Shown here in pieces: positions 24,566-38,900 of a stretch of 46,084 nucleotides of DNA; the first letter of the stretch is position 1; each line of letters opens with the position of its first letter. Where the stretch lies: positions 1 to 46,084 of the forward strand of contig NW_014040141.1 of assembly GCF_001186125.1 (NCBI RefSeq), written 5' to 3'. The notes under the pieces were generated by a model. That model was not told where the DNA came from. It made no database searches and saw only the letters and a list, made by a program, of their open reading frames with translations. The DNA is from Sphaeroforma arctica JP610. Lineage: Eukaryota. Made by a program: the position numbers and the translations under genes.

Positions 24566-25458
24566 CAATTTCGCAATTGCAATTGCAGTCCCCCCTGCGC
24601 ATGACAGGCACACCTCAGAACGAACGATACAATATAATGCAATGCTTATGAATCTGTACTGAAATAGACATCGATGGTGTACAACATCTACCCCATCCAT
24701 CAATACAACTACTCACTAGCACATGATTGCTGGTTGGAATTTGTCTTGTGCTCGGTATCCGTGTGAGCGTCGCAGAACAATTCCGTACGTATATGTATAT
24801 CACTTCATTACGTATAGGTACATCACCTTCGTCCTCATGCCAATGATTCGAGAAGTACAATTGGAAACACAGCTCATTTGGAAGTTAAGAACTCTCTGAC
24901 CTGTCGTTGTATGAGATTGGCCAGATCACACGTGGTGGTTAAATACTATGTGTTCAAATATGAAAACACCCAGATGTGTCGAGATCAGAGTGATATAAAT
25001 CGGGGGTTAAATGGATATAGTATTGAGCGGGCGACAGGTTAATAAGCTTTGTAGACTTGTGAGTTCGGTTGGCTGTTGGCTCTGTTGATGACTAAAGTGT
25101 GTCTGCGAGAGGTGGTACATCATCATACGACACATCGACGCAACAGAAACGACTTCCATGGCATTGCAGAGGCATTGCAAAGGATCCAGAATCAACGGAC
25201 CAACATGAAAACGAAAAACCGATCCCAGCTAATGGTTTATTGCGTTTTTAAGACTACAAAAGCTTAGTAATGTAGGCTGGCGCACTAGAGGCTGTGCATG
25301 AGCATTGAGTATTATATCAGTGTAAAATGAAAGCCTTCTGCACTCGCCACAAGCAGCCCTCACACAGGACGCAGACACAGTAGGCACTATCTCATGACAC
25401 GCTGCACCTGTGTCTCCCTGTCTATAGCACACCCCAACATATGCACCCCCCCCCCCAG

Positions 25459-25852
25459 CCTATGAATGATGTCTGATTCTTTGGTCAACCCTAGGAACGA
25501 AGTCTGATTGTTTGGTTAACCCTATGAATGATATCTGATTGTTTGGTTAACCCTGGGAAAGATATGTGATTCCTTGGTTAACTCTAATAACTGATTGTTT
25601 GGTTGACCCTATGTATGATATCTGATTGTTTGGTTCACCCTATGGATGTTTGACCTCATGGATGATATCTGATTCTTTGGTCAACACTATGGATGATATC
25701 TGATATTTTGGTTAACGTTATCAATGATATTCTTGGATAACGCTATGAATGATATCTGATTCCTTTTATAACCGTATGAATGATATCCTTGAAGAACGCT
25801 ATGAATGATGTCTGATCCCTCGGTTAACCCTAAGAATGATATGTGATTCTTT
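25459..25852. repeat. About 31-bp minisatellite, about 12 units
   Basis: cctatgaatgatatctgattgtttggttaac units. Confidence 0.9.
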
Positions 25853-26297
25853 GGCTACACATGCCCCGCATGTCTTGTTCGCTGCATGATCATGTATGTA
25901 TGGTACAACAGAACGAGCGTTGCGCCACCTAATTTGTCCATCGTGCTCAAAAGGATCCACGCCTCCAAGCCAGTGAAGTAAGCGATAGTGTAGCTTCAAC
26001 GGCTGCTGTGCACTTTGCCTGTGTATGCTTACAGTAATAAGAGCACCCAAACGATCGCAACACCATGCGGGAGTCATCTGTGGCATAGCTTGAAGGCTTG
26101 CTAAGACTACACTTGACTGGTACGCAGTTGGATGGCTGAGCAACTGACACCATGAGTCACAAACCCGACAATCCTGAACACACACTGTGACATCGATGTG
26201 CACTTATGCACAACAAGTGGGCGCATCTTGTACGAGTACATGGGCGTACACAGTCTCCGGACTCAGCAAACGACGTTTCTCTTGCGAAACAACGGAA

Positions 26298-26472
26298 TTA
26301 TTTAACTTAACCACACGGACGTCTCTCTGGTGTCTTCCACCTCCATTTGACTTAACCACACGTGCGTCTTCCTTCTGTCGTTCACCTCCATTTAATTTAA
26401 CCACACGTACGTCTGCCTTTTGTCTTTCCCCTCCATTTAACTTAACCACACGTAGGTCTCCCTGGTGTCTTT
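26298..26472. repeat. 45-bp tandem repeat, 4 units
   Basis: ttaaccacacg recurs every 45 bp between about 26307 and 26442. Confidence 0.85.
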
Positions 26473-27002
26473 TACCTACGAGCGTCTTACTACCTTTGTT
26501 ACGTACCACGATGCATCCGCGTGATCCCCAGCTACCATTAACTCCATCTCTATCTCTTCTACATGTACATATACATGTAATGTAGTACGTACGTGTGAGT
26601 GCACACGAATGCCCTTCCAAGCACCTAGCATAGGTTAGTGCCTTCTAAACACTATGCTACGAATGCATATGATTGGTCAAACAGTTAGCGTTTAATCCAA
26701 GCACAACCCTTCAGCCTGTCCACGCCTATATCTACTATATTATGTCTTGACTATGCAAGCACTAATACACTTCGGAATCGCATCAATACGCGTGCCTTTC
26801 CCCGCTCCCCTTTCCCGTGAAGAGTTCTTCAGCCCACAAGTGTATCCTCTGTCAAGACGGTTCACGTCTCCAATCCAATGCCACATCGCACTACGCTAAT
26901 ACCAATTCCTTGCACCCACCTGAAGCAAATTGACAGAGACGCCCACACTTTCATCCACCAAAAGCCCAGTGAGCGTCTAGCCGAGCCAGCGCTCACTCGT
27001 AG

Positions 27003-27167
27003 ATCATCTGCACTCATTCTTAAATCATATCCATTCGCCTATAAATCGTCTTCACTCATTCTTATCATCTGCACTCACCCCTAAACCATCTCCACACGCG
27101 TTTGAATCATCTTCACTCATTCTTGAATCATCTCCACTCGCGCTTAAATCATCTCCGATCATTCTTA
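27003..27167. repeat. 21-bp degenerate tandem repeat
   Basis: tcatct(g/t/c)cactcattcttaaa units. Confidence 0.7.
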
Positions 27168-27277
27168 TGTTCATACCCCAACATCGGACGCAGCAGGTCG
27201 AGCATAGGCACCGCTCACTCGTCACCATAAAGCAGCACTGCAGTGTCATGCCCATCCATGACACTGCAGAGAGAGAG

Positions 27278-27742
27278 CTAGTGAACAGGACTGCTGGTCT
27301 CGCTGGCGGAGGATGGCTTGGTCTTTTCTTTGCGGCGCATAGAGAGATTGCTGCCTGTGCTGCGCATGCTGGTCCCTCGCACGCAGAACGAGGTAGCGCG
27401 GTTGATAAACGTTGAACGCTTTCCGTCAGGGCTGTTGTTAGACAGTGTGTCCCCTTCCCCCTCCTTGACCTGTTCCATGCCTTTTAAGCTGTCGGCGTGA
27501 TCGCTGTTGCTGTTGTTGCCTGGGGTGTCTGAGAAGTTGTCATCGCTTGCGTTGTTGCTGACTGAGGCTGATCCTGCGCTGTAGGAGAAACTACCACAGC
27601 GCAAGCGGTGCATGCCCTGGCCTTTGGCGCTGTCCTTGGAGTTCGGTTTGCGCCGGAAAGAAAACCGGCTCTTCTGCTTCTCTTCATCACCAAAGTACAC
27701 ACCCTGAGCAGTCAAGAACTCGTGGATATCCTCCTCCTCTTC
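27278..27742 (-). CDS. Probable terminal exon of a hypothetical Ser-rich protein
   Basis: AG acceptor (caatag|gaagag) followed by an open GC-rich frame GREEEDIHEFLTAQGVYFG...SSPVH*. No recognisable domain. Confidence 0.5.
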   Translation of the reverse strand, partial: EEEEDIHEFLTAQGVYFGDEEKQKSRFSFRRKPNSKDSAKGQGMHRLRCGSFSYSAGSASVSNNASDDNFSDTPGNNSNSDHADSLKGMEQVKEGEGDTLSNNSPDGKRSTFINRATSFCVRGTSMRSTGSNLSMRRKEKTKPSSASETSSPVH

Positions 27743-28119
27743 CTATTGCGTTGTGCCAGTGAAACGAACAAACCGTATATTTGGTGAGCAGCTGAGGGTG
27801 CCAGCGGTGTCAATAACACACATCACAGCATGTAATAGACGGAGTATAGTGCTACCGCATCGCCACATGTGAATAGTTGCTGGACCAGCAAATGGTGTTC
27901 GCAACGGATGCATTGTTATGAACGGACAAATCAAATGTATAAAAACAACAAGAAACCTGAAGAAAAATATACACGCGATCAAAACACAGTCATCCCAGAG
28001 TAAATGAAAGCGTAATGTGCTAGTTAAAATTCATTAGCAGTCCAGAGTATCTTTTTATATAGTTGCCAAACTAATAAAATAACAAACATAAACACTATAC
28101 TATTAATAATGATAATATA

Positions 28120-29016
28120 TATGTTATATATATATACATATATATAAATATATACATGCATGGATGTATGTAAGTCGGTGAGGAAGTAAGAAAGTAAGGA
28201 AGCAAGCAAGAAAGTATATATAAATATAAATAAACATATAAATATATATACATACACACACACACATATATATATATATATATGTGTGTGTGTATAATAA
28301 TAAATAAACAGATATATATTTACATGCATATATATATATATATATATATACATATATAAATATACATATATATATGCATATACATGTAACAGATAAAAAC
28401 AAATATATATTCACATGAATTTGTATTTATATATATATATATATATACATATGTATATATATACATATACATACACATATATATATATACATATATGTGT
28501 CTAAATGTATGTATGTTTGTGTGTATGTTTTTATGTAAGTATATGCGTATGAATATACACACGGCGATATGTACGTACAAATATATATACACATTGTATA
28601 TATAAATATATATATGTATATATATATAGCGATATATATTCGTTAATATTATATATATATAGTAATATATATATATGTTAATATATATAAATATGGAACA
28701 TAGGTATATATGTAATACATGTATAAATAGATATATACATATACATATATATATATATATACATACATATACAATATGAATTAATATTTTAAAATTTTAT
28801 GTTCACACACTGAGGCATAGACATAGACACAGACACAGTCACATACATATCTACACACGCACACACACACACACAATATATATATATATATTTATATGTA
28901 TGCTTATATATATATACATTTGCAAATATGTATAGATATACATAAACACTTAAGTACACACATGGATACATTTTATTTCGTCATACACACACACACACAC
29001 ACACGTACACGTACAC

Positions 29017-29068
<52 letters not shown>

Positions 29069-29130
29069 ATGTATATATCTATGTATATATCTATGTATAT
29101 ATCTATGTATATATCTATGTATATATATCT
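28120..29130. repeat. TA/CA-rich low-complexity and microsatellite block
   Basis: (TA)n, (CA)n and (tatatctatgta)n runs. Confidence 0.9.
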
Positions 29131-29781
29131 AAAACCATTGCACTTGACATATAGAAAATTCTTAGTAATAATTCTTCTGCAACTATTGTATTCAATAGTA
29201 CTAGCTGAAGGACCTGTATAGTCCCTTGCTATGTCCTTGCACAAAGAGATTTAAATAGCGGAATAGGATCAGTTGTTAGGTATACCTCTGATACCAGCCA
29301 CACTTCCAGATACATAGGTCGGCTATCGAGTCCTCTAAAATATTCGTGCAGTTGGTTGTCAGGAATTTTGGGTTCAACCTTGATGATATGCGTATTCTCC
29401 ACATCTAACTTGGGTCTCCCTGCGGCTCTGTGACCTAACTGTGGCAGCGCAAGTATCAAATATTTCGGTTGATACCCCCCAGCTGTTTTCTGCAAGGTTA
29501 CAATTTTTTTATAGATCAGAATAGGAAAGGTGGCGAGTTTGTATATAAATTATGTGAACGGCACGCATGAACTGTATCGATATCAGTGTCTACGAGATTA
29601 AACTACAAAATAAAACTCTACATTTTGGTTGGCAGCACGGATACTCGGAAATCACATCAATACAAGCAAAATGACAACAGCAGCCAAAGGATGTAGCAGT
29701 GAATTCAAAAACAATCACCCACCACCACCTCACACCACAATCACACACTCTGCAGACAGCACAAAAACATACAACCACATA

Positions 29782-29913
29782 CTCTCACGATCTTTTCGAC
29801 GTTGTCCATCCACCCAAGCATCGGCTGTGCAAGTGGACGTGCTTTGGACGTATCGTACTGGCGCACCAACACCTTCTCATTAATGAACTTGAACAGTTCC
29901 TGTGTTTGTGCCA
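29782..29913 (-). CDS. Possible upstream exon of the hypothetical gene at 27278-27742
   Basis: ATG-initiated MAQTQELFKFINEKVLVRQYD...EKIVR followed by a gtatgt donor. Its phase does not join the 27742 exon directly, so an intermediate exon would be needed. Confidence 0.3.
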
Positions 29914-32041
29914 TATTCGGACAAAATTTTCACTCTACAGTGCGTGTATATTGTAATTGTGTGTGAGTATGAAGGCAGATGTAATCTGAGGTAAGATATA
30001 GCCTCGATTTTACCTAGATCACAGTGTAGAATATTCCCTTTCACCGATGATTCCAATGTAAGTTATTGCTTTTTGTTGATACTAGAGTCGATTCAGGAAA
30101 CGTATAAACGGCACAAAATCGTCAATTCACTTCAAGAGAGTAGAGAGAGGGTTAGGTGGCAAATGATATGTATAGTGCACGTGTGCGACGATTGTTCAGT
30201 TAATACTTATGAAGCTTTTCAATTCCGACTGGCTAGTAATAAATACATCTGCAATCACAAGTTCTTAACTATAAATAGTAAATCACTGCGAGTTAAATAC
30301 CTCACCACTCGTCAGTTCGCGCATGACGCCGATGGGGTAAAATCTATTTCCAACGGTGCTTGAATTTTTAGAAAACAAAACAAAAATGAAAACAAATAAA
30401 AACTGATATGTATTTATGATAAATATAGCCTATGGGCTATGGCTATGGGTCGAAAACTTGAAATTCGAAAACAAAACAAAATGACACAACACACTCCAGT
30501 AAATACTCGAGGAGTCCACACTCCACGATCCACAGTCTCACACAGTCACACAGACACACATCGCTGGGGGTTTTGTTTTGTTTTTGTTTTGGTGTTAAAA
30601 AACCCAAACGTCAAAAACAAAAACAAAAAAAATCAAAAATGTGTAAATATGTAGAAAAAAAAATCACACCCTTCTTCTAAATATACGTTGAAGATTCAGA
30701 AGGCTAAATATGTAAAGTCATGACCATCATAATTTTTTTTTAAATAATTTACACAGAGTGAAAATTGGGCGAAAGGACGACTAGTGGACGAGTCACGACT
30801 CACGAGAGTCTGTCAGACTCAGGAGTCAGGGCTCACAAGAAGAAGAGTTTAGGAAATTCAAATTAGGACACTCTCTAGTCGAGCCTCAACGAGTCCACAG
30901 ACCACTAAAACCCTAAAAACGCGCAAAAAAAAATGTAAACACAAGTCAAACACCCCCCATTACCTTAGGCCCATATTTACCTATTTCCAGTTTTCCACCT
31001 CCAGAATGGTGAATATTGGAGAAATCATGATTTCTCACCGCGCCACTGCCCTCTGTGCCATTGTGGCATGTGCCCTGTGGCGAGGTGACTGAGCCGTCCA
31101 GGTCTCTCTGATGACTGATTGACTGTCTGTCGTCTGACTCTGTGTATTTAAATACAGCATACTATGTGCTCGCTCATAGCTCTGTATTTATTTATCTACT
31201 CTCTAAATGGAGGAAAAATTGGGAAACGAGAATGTGGATTGTGGCGGCGCCGCCTTCTAAAGTTCTGGGACCCCAGACATTTTTAAAAAATACAAGGACT
31301 CAAAATGAAAAAATCTGTACGTATTCTTTTTTATATTTACTTTTTAAATCAAACAAATAGGTACATATGTATAAAATATGTACGTACATATTTATATTTT
31401 ATATTTTTCTGAGTTATATTTGTATATCTATCCAAACAAAACAAAAAGCTGAAAGCTACAAAAAATATGCAGGCCCCCTGGCGCCGGCCGGGGACTTTTT
31501 ATTAACGCCCGAGCCCGTGTCCCAAACCGTATCCGGTCCGTTCGCAAAGGTAGGGATGATATTTATGGGCCCACGGCCCCACGCCCCACGCCCCACGGAT
31601 GGAGACTTTGGCCCAAGTACCGAATTATTTTAAGCGTGTACAGTGTACTCTGTACACCGCAAAAAAAAAATCTTTACCGATACAACAGTCCAGTATAGTT
31701 TTCGGTATATAATCTAAACCTATCACCTGAAATAGAATACAACGCCTCAGAGTCTCTGACTCTACTAGAGAGTATAGAGAGCCAATGTTCTGTTAAACCT
31801 GTGAGCGTGAATTCGTGGATCCATACCTCTGAGGCCTAACCTCAATAAGTTTTACGTCAAAACTTTTATTTTATAAAAAGTTTTTAGGTTAAAGTTTAAC
31901 TTTTATAGCTGATTGACTATGGCAGGTGCCTTTTTCAGGTCAGCATAGTTAAGCGCAAATAAAAAAATTGGCCTATTTTTTGGCGGTCGCTCATGCGACA
32001 CTCACCATAAACATAAGTCCTTAGTTACCCGGTCAGTGACT

Positions 32042-35000
32042 ATGGGGCGTGCTGCGGATCTTGTTCGGAGTCATATTTTTCAGATCGGTTTGAGAAGGCC
32101 GTTCTAATATCACAATGCATCTTCTGCATGAGACTTCAAGAAGTCTAATATTCAGCAGTTAAAGTGGCATCTAGCGAATGATAAAAAATGTCCAACGCCT
32201 TTGCCCACTAGGGAAAATTTGATCGAAGATATCAATACAATCAACGCGACTAGGCCGTGAAGCGCAAACGATTTACGAACGAAGCGGAAGCTGAGAAGAA
32301 GCAAAAGACTCTCGATGGACATGGTCGTGGCTCCTTCACAATTTTTAATATGCAGGAAGCGGATGACGCCTTTGTCAACTTAGTCTATTCTGGCATAATA
32401 GACGCTAACGCTTTACGATCTAGTCATTTCAAGAGGACCATATCAGCAGCTATCACAGACGGATCGAGTTACCATCTTATCTCCCCTCAACGAGTAATGG
32501 ATGATAAACTTATACATACTGTACTGAAGCTGCGTACATACGTTAATGTGCAGTGTGGCGAGGCATTGAGGCAGTTTGGCGGATCATTGGCCATGGATTC
32601 TGCGACTGTCAACAAAGAAATTGTAACTGGTTTAGCCGCGCTATCGCCAAGTCTAACACATGCAGTATCGGCTGGTATATTTATTCAATCTATCGACACT
32701 TAAAGCAAGCAGTTTGAGTAAAGGTATCCAAGTCTAAGCCGATTCAATTGGTTATGTTCTCGATCAATTTTCTAGAAATGGAATCGATATCGTTGTGAAT
32801 AACACGGACACGGCTGTCGATTGTGTAGGAATTGCGGAAATACTAAAAAAGAGACGATCTCACCTAAACTTTTGCCCAGATTCGGCACATGTGGCAAATT
32901 CGGTATTGGAGAACGCATGTGAGAACATTCCGGTAGTAAAGAAATGACTTATCGGAGTTGATAGTATATGCAAATACTTTACCGGTTCTAGTTTTATGAT
33001 GACCCAATTGAAACAAGAGACAGCTAAGATTAACAATGGTAGGTTGTATATAGTAGCTAATTTCTTTATCTAATTTGATCATACAGAATACACGTTTTCA
33101 ACTGCACATATCTCTAAGGGATCGACGGATTTCACACCTAATCTCCTTATAGTGTACCAAAGTTTTGTGCATAGACTAATGTAATTATGTACTGATACTT
33201 ACTTGTTGCTACCGTACACCACAATGCTTACTGCTTGCAGGACGATCTTTGGATCTACCGGCCGGCGAGTGTGACTCGCGCTATGCTTAAAGAGTCATGC
33301 GAGGATTTAGAGTTTGGATGCTCATTAAATATCTACGTGCTATCATCGCTTCTACAGAGTATGATCAGAACTTGTCAGGAAATGTGAGTAATATCGCGGA
33401 CGGTGTCTCAACGCGTGTGGCCAAGAAAAACGACAAAGTAGAAGGCTTGATAAACGATGACAAGTGGAACCACGAGGGCCTAGCTATTAGTCGCTGCCTC
33501 TGGCCTCTTTTTACACCAGCCTCTTAGTAATGCAGACAGTGAGGCAAGTACTTCGACAAAGTATTAAGATGCATCTATGATGTTGACAAACAGCTAAAAA
33601 AAGTTAACTATGGTCGATGACGATGAGGTGTTGAGTAGTATAGAAAATAGTATTGCAAGAAGTTGGAATGATAACAACCGTGCTCATTGGGATTATATCC
33701 GCGATGTATATTTCCTAAAATTCTCTGCTATGTTGAATCCAAAAAAAAAAATTGTATGCCAGCCATGGGAGAAGCCGGGATACCGTCACAGTATGAAAGT
33801 AGTTTCAGGCGGAATGTGGTTGGTGGAAAGAGAGTATGAGGCTCGAGATAATTTTGGAATCAAATCAAGTGACCGAATCCCATTAGAAATACGTACCGAT
33901 ATTATAGCCGAGGAGCAAAAAAATCTAGCAGCGTTGGCGTATGAGGCGGATGCATTCTCTTCAAGAAAGAGGTATTTGCAGAGAGAGCCTTCTCCTATGC
34001 ACACAGCCCATTAGGACCGGCAGAGTGGTGAAATTCAAACGGTTCTGATGCTGCACCTACGATCTTTAAATACTGTAAGAAAATGTTCACAACTGCAAAC
34101 ATGACAGAGCAAGAGACGCACTGGAAAATGTACAAGGACTTGTTCAAGTAAGGCAAAGTACGATATGATAAAGAGTAGTGGATACACTGGGCCTTTGCAG
34201 ATCAAGACTTGTTTCCTCACTGAAATAAGGTCAAACTTACATCTTACCGATCAGGATTCATGGGGACTTGCGAGCGATGCGACTTGGGTAGATACAGATA
34301 GGTAAAAAAAATAGCGAAAAGTATTACGACGAGTTCACACGCTTTTGCGTGACCAAGTTTGAGAATGAATCAAACGATGAGATTGTGATCAATCCTGCAC
34401 TTGCCCAGTAACCCAGAGTAGTATAATGCTACATTGAGGACTTCGAAACATTCATATTGAAGAAAACCAAGGCTAACAAGGAAACATTAACACGCTAGTA
34501 TTACGGGCTATTCCTAGAGACCAAACCGGGTGCACAAAAGTATGTGATTGATTGCGTGTCTTGGATTAAGGGTGAGAAATACGTCACACGCATCAGTCCT
34601 TTGAATGAAGATGGGAGCAGTTTCGGTAGAGGGCATATGGAGACCTTGAAGAAAATGAGAATCAACTACGGTCTGTGGCGAAGTATATAACGTGTGACGG
34701 ATCATGGTAACAATAAGGCTACTAGGTTTAGAGCCAAACAACTAGAACCAGCGAACAAACCAAAGGGTCACACAGAAAGAAACAGTTGAAGACTCGGACG
34801 ATGATGAAGAAGATGACGAATTTGACACAGCAGAAGCAGCAGCCGAATCTGACCCAGAAGCAGTGAGAGAAGAATCAGACTCATGTGAGCTTGGAGTGAC
34901 AGATGAATTAGACCTGAATATGGACACAACAAACATACCAGTGCCAACGCCAGTAACAGCGGACTCTGAAGATGATTCTGCTGAGGACGATGAGGATATT

Positions 35001-35174
35001 TTGGACGATGTACAACCTGGCACCACCAAAGTACCAGCCAAGAAGTCTGTTGGAAAGAAGGTCACTGCTAAGAAGATGCCTGGGACAAAACTACCAGCCA
35101 AGAAAACACCCGTTACCAAGACAACGATGAAGATAGCTAGCAAAAAGGCGCCTACCAAGACTTCAACCGGTACA
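32042..35174 (+). pseudogene. Degenerate hAT-superfamily transposase (BED finger, DUF659-like core, dimerisation region, acidic/Lys-rich tail)
   Basis: CIFC...WHL...CP BED-like finger, LAMDS (first catalytic D), PDSAHVAN (CxxH-like), SAMLNP, and EQETHWKMYK resembling the hATC ER-x-W/F motif. Probable intron at about 33038-33240. Many stops. Truncated by the LTR at 35175. Confidence 0.7.
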
Positions 35175-35936
35175 TGTAATAGCCGGGCCTCCACATTAGA
35201 CTATGTTATAAATGTACTCTTAAGCAGTACGTAAACTATAAACGTACTCTTAATAGTACAAGGAACTTAAGTTTCCTAAATGGGTTTTAACGGTTTTATT
35301 AATTAATACCTATTCCATTTTACATATCAGATATTTGGACGAGGCCATTAAAAGGCCCCAGTAAAGGACCAAACATAAGATTTGGTCTAGTTCTATTAAT
35401 AGAACTATATTTACTTTCCAAATCTATTTTTATATATGAATACTTCGGTAGCGAGATGGCTCAACCGAATATAGGTTTCTCGGGACTATTAGCGTTTCCT
35501 AGTTTAACCTCCGATCAGCCAACCATATGTGCCAGCCTGATGAAGGCTAAGTCGGTCATTCTTGATAAGTGGCAAGTTATTGGTTAATGCAATAACTAAG
35601 GACATCAAGAGTATTTTTCTTTTTTCTTCTATTTTTTTCTAAAGATAGAACGAGTCTCTCGGATTCGCCGAAACGAAACATATAATAGTTTCTATTAGAG
35701 CGACAACGAAACACTAAATAAAATACCATCGGCGAAAACAGTACTGAGAGGATTATATACAGGCAATATCTCAGCCTCACAATCCCTCAGAGTATTGCTG
35801 TTTTCACGAGGCATACCTAACTTTACTAAAAAGACTCATTTTGCTTATTTACTTTGAATTTGACGATACTTAGACTTTACCTACGCGTTTAATTACTCTA
35901 AGGCGTTAATATCGCCTTGATAGACCGAATCTTACA
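35175..35936 (+). repeat. Complete 762-bp 5' LTR of gypsy family A copy 2
   Basis: TGTAATAGCC...GAATCTTACA with terminal inverted TGTAA/TTACA. Both ends are confirmed by the termini of copy 1. Confidence 0.92.
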
Positions 35937-38900
35937 CATTTTAAAGCTAGCAAAGGTATTAATTACTTAGACTACTTAAACGTAAAGGTAGATAACTACC
36001 ACAAAAAATTCGTGTCCAAGCTAGTCCTTAAGAGATCAGCTAGCAGTCATAACTTAAGATTATGACCAAGAAAGACAATACTCCATCTAAGAAGCGTAGA
36101 GCTGAAAAGAAGAGGATGGAGATAGACGCCGCTGCTGCTGCCGCATTTAACGCGACTGCAGAAGAGGAAACCCAATCCGTAACAGAAATCATTGCTACTG
36201 GTATTAATAACAAGGACAATACAACAGATAAGGGTGAGGACACTCCATTAAGAGAGACGTCCCCTGAAGAAAGAGCCTGCGGGCCAACTATTGCGTCCGC
36301 TTCGAAGCTTACGTTTACGAAGTCAAGAAGCGACGCAAAAGGATCGGTTAAGACGATTCTCACTAATCCTGATGAGAACACGCAGAAGGATCTAACTCCA
36401 ATTACGGAGAAAGGAGACAACCCGCTTAAGAGAGAGGATGAGAAGGAAAGCTCAAAGAGCCGACCCGAATCAGAATCAAACCAGCCATCGCACATAAGTA
36501 AGTTGATCAATGAGAACACTGAACTTAAGAATCAGTTAGCCGCTTTTAAGAAGCGACTGACCATTGAACAGGTAGAGAAGATGTATCAGTCAGGTGAGAA
36601 AGCAAAACGCTTACGCGAACATATTTCTCCCGGTACTACTTAAGCTCTTGAAAATTGGACTGCCCGTCAACTGGAAAAGCCAGTCACGGACGAGCCCGAA
36701 CTACCCGGTTTTCCGATATCCTACGCGAATTTAAACTCCGAAGAGCAGGCACTATTCACGCCAGGAGTATCCCCTGGACATGAGTCTCCAATTCTCGAGG
36801 ATATTATAAACCCCGAGACAAGAAAGAAGACTCAGCAGGAGTTTCCCCATTCGGAAAAGGCCCCACGCCATGTACCAAAGTCTACGGGATATAGTCTTCC
36901 TATGCATCAAGACCCACAGGTGATTATACCACCTGAGCTTCACATTAACGAGAAGCGTAAGTCTTCTTGTAATTATGGACTTTGTGGCACATTCTCGAAG
37001 CACTAAAGCTGCCCGTAGGCGCGCCAACGACATCGAGTTTAATCGAGTCGATCGGTACGCTATTCAGCAGCCGGCCGAAGATTTCCAATCTGAAGAGGTA
37101 ACCGCGCTAAATCAGGCCGTAGATGATTGTACTCTGCAGATGGAGATGGCGCCTGACTTACACGACGCTAGTGACGTCACCTACTACGCTAATCTAATCG
37201 CAGTCCAGGGCTCAGCTCAATTTCAGCCGAGCCAGCACCAAACACTACCATACAGAGCTACATATTGAAGCTCGATGCTGATTTTCAACGTCCCGATATT
37301 AAGAAGGACACGATACAGCGATGGTACAAGTTTCTGGCTATGCATTTGTTCTGTAAGAGCATAAGCAATAATGACCGAGAAAGTTTGTATACTAAACTTA
37401 GACGTAAGTACGCAAACGAACCTCGATATTTAGGTCACGAAGCAAAGTTTCATCTGACCCGCCTTGAATGGGACAAGTTCTATCAAACTGTGTCCACTTT
37501 ATATACTTCCAGTCGAGTAACCTCGCAGGCGAAGGCGGTTGTTAAGAAACCGTGGGAGCAGACCGATCAAGGGTACGTATCCAGGCAGACCTCCAACGAG
37601 AGACCCCAACATACACGTCCACGTGAATCTACTCAATTTACACGCCCTGTTATGAAGGTGCGTGCGGAGCACAAGGAACCTGCATACAAGCAAGTTAAGA
37701 AATATACTGATGAGAAATGTGGTTATGACATGTACCAGTTAACTCCTAACGGTTACTGGAACGGAAAGCATGCCCAATCTTGTAAACACTATCTTACAAA
37801 ATGCGATAAATTTGTGAAGACCAATGGCTACCACACTAAATTGTGTAACGTCAGACCCGACATTAAGTTGAACTGACGATACTACCGGGTACAATCGATA
37901 CACAGACAGTACAACAACTCTTTAGATGAGCGTGTAATAATCCCTGTAAAGTCCAATGGAAATAAATTCTTTGCGTTGATTGATCCTAATTCTGAAATTT
38001 CATGTATATCCGATCGCGTTGCATTAATGAAAGATATCGAAAGGAGAACACAAACAACTCACCTCATTTTAGCTGATGAGAAAACCTCCAAGTGTGAAAC
38101 TATGGCAAAAGATGTTGAGATCTCGTTGGCCGATGATAGGAGTATCACTACCCAAGCTGTGATAGTTAAGATGTCACAGAAGTACGACATTATAGTCGGA
38201 ATGAGCGACTTACTCACTTTAGGTATAACCGTAACTGGTTTACCAAATAACATAGATCCATTAAAGGATCAATCAGACGATAACTGTCTGAAACCATATA
38301 AGCCCCCGTCAGACACAGTCAAGGCATTAATACCTGACTTTGTGAACAAAATCATGGATCTGATTCTTGTTAATGTGAAAATAAAGATCACAGATTGGGC
38401 AAAATTCCGCTTTAACGACGGATATGTCAGCCTTGACTTAACCAAGGTAGACTTTACACAGTTAAAGTGTCCCTCAAGGAACTATCTATCCTGGAGACAC
38501 GAGGCTGTGGTAAAAGAACAAGTTCAGAAATGGCTAGCAGATGGTATGACAGAAATTAACTATCAACAGACGCCAGTTAACTTGGCATTGTTAGCCGTAG
38601 ACCAACATAACTCTGACCGATCATTTAAGAACGTCAGAATATATTTAGATATGAGTCCGATAAATAAATTTTTGCCGACGCATAGCTTTCACCTACCTTG
38701 TATTAACGAGCTACTGCGAAGGAAGGAAGGTGCTACATTATTTACAACTATAGACCTTACACAAGGATACCATCAAATGCAGATATATGAACCGCATCGT
38801 AAATACTTTAGTTTTACATGGAAAGGTAAACAATACAGATTCAGATGTGTATCTATTGGGCTGCNNNNNNNNNNNNNNNNNNNNATAGATGACATAGTTG

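Noticed and set aside
25459..26472. 31-bp and 45-bp regularly spaced repeats as a CRISPR-like array
   Set aside because: Whole units are similar to one another and there are no unique spacers.
28024..29244. YIYI/CVCV-rich ORFs
   Set aside because: Translations of microsatellite sequence.
34742..35194. Hydrophobic 150-aa minus-strand ORF
   Set aside because: It is the antisense shadow of the acidic/Lys-rich plus-strand transposase tail.
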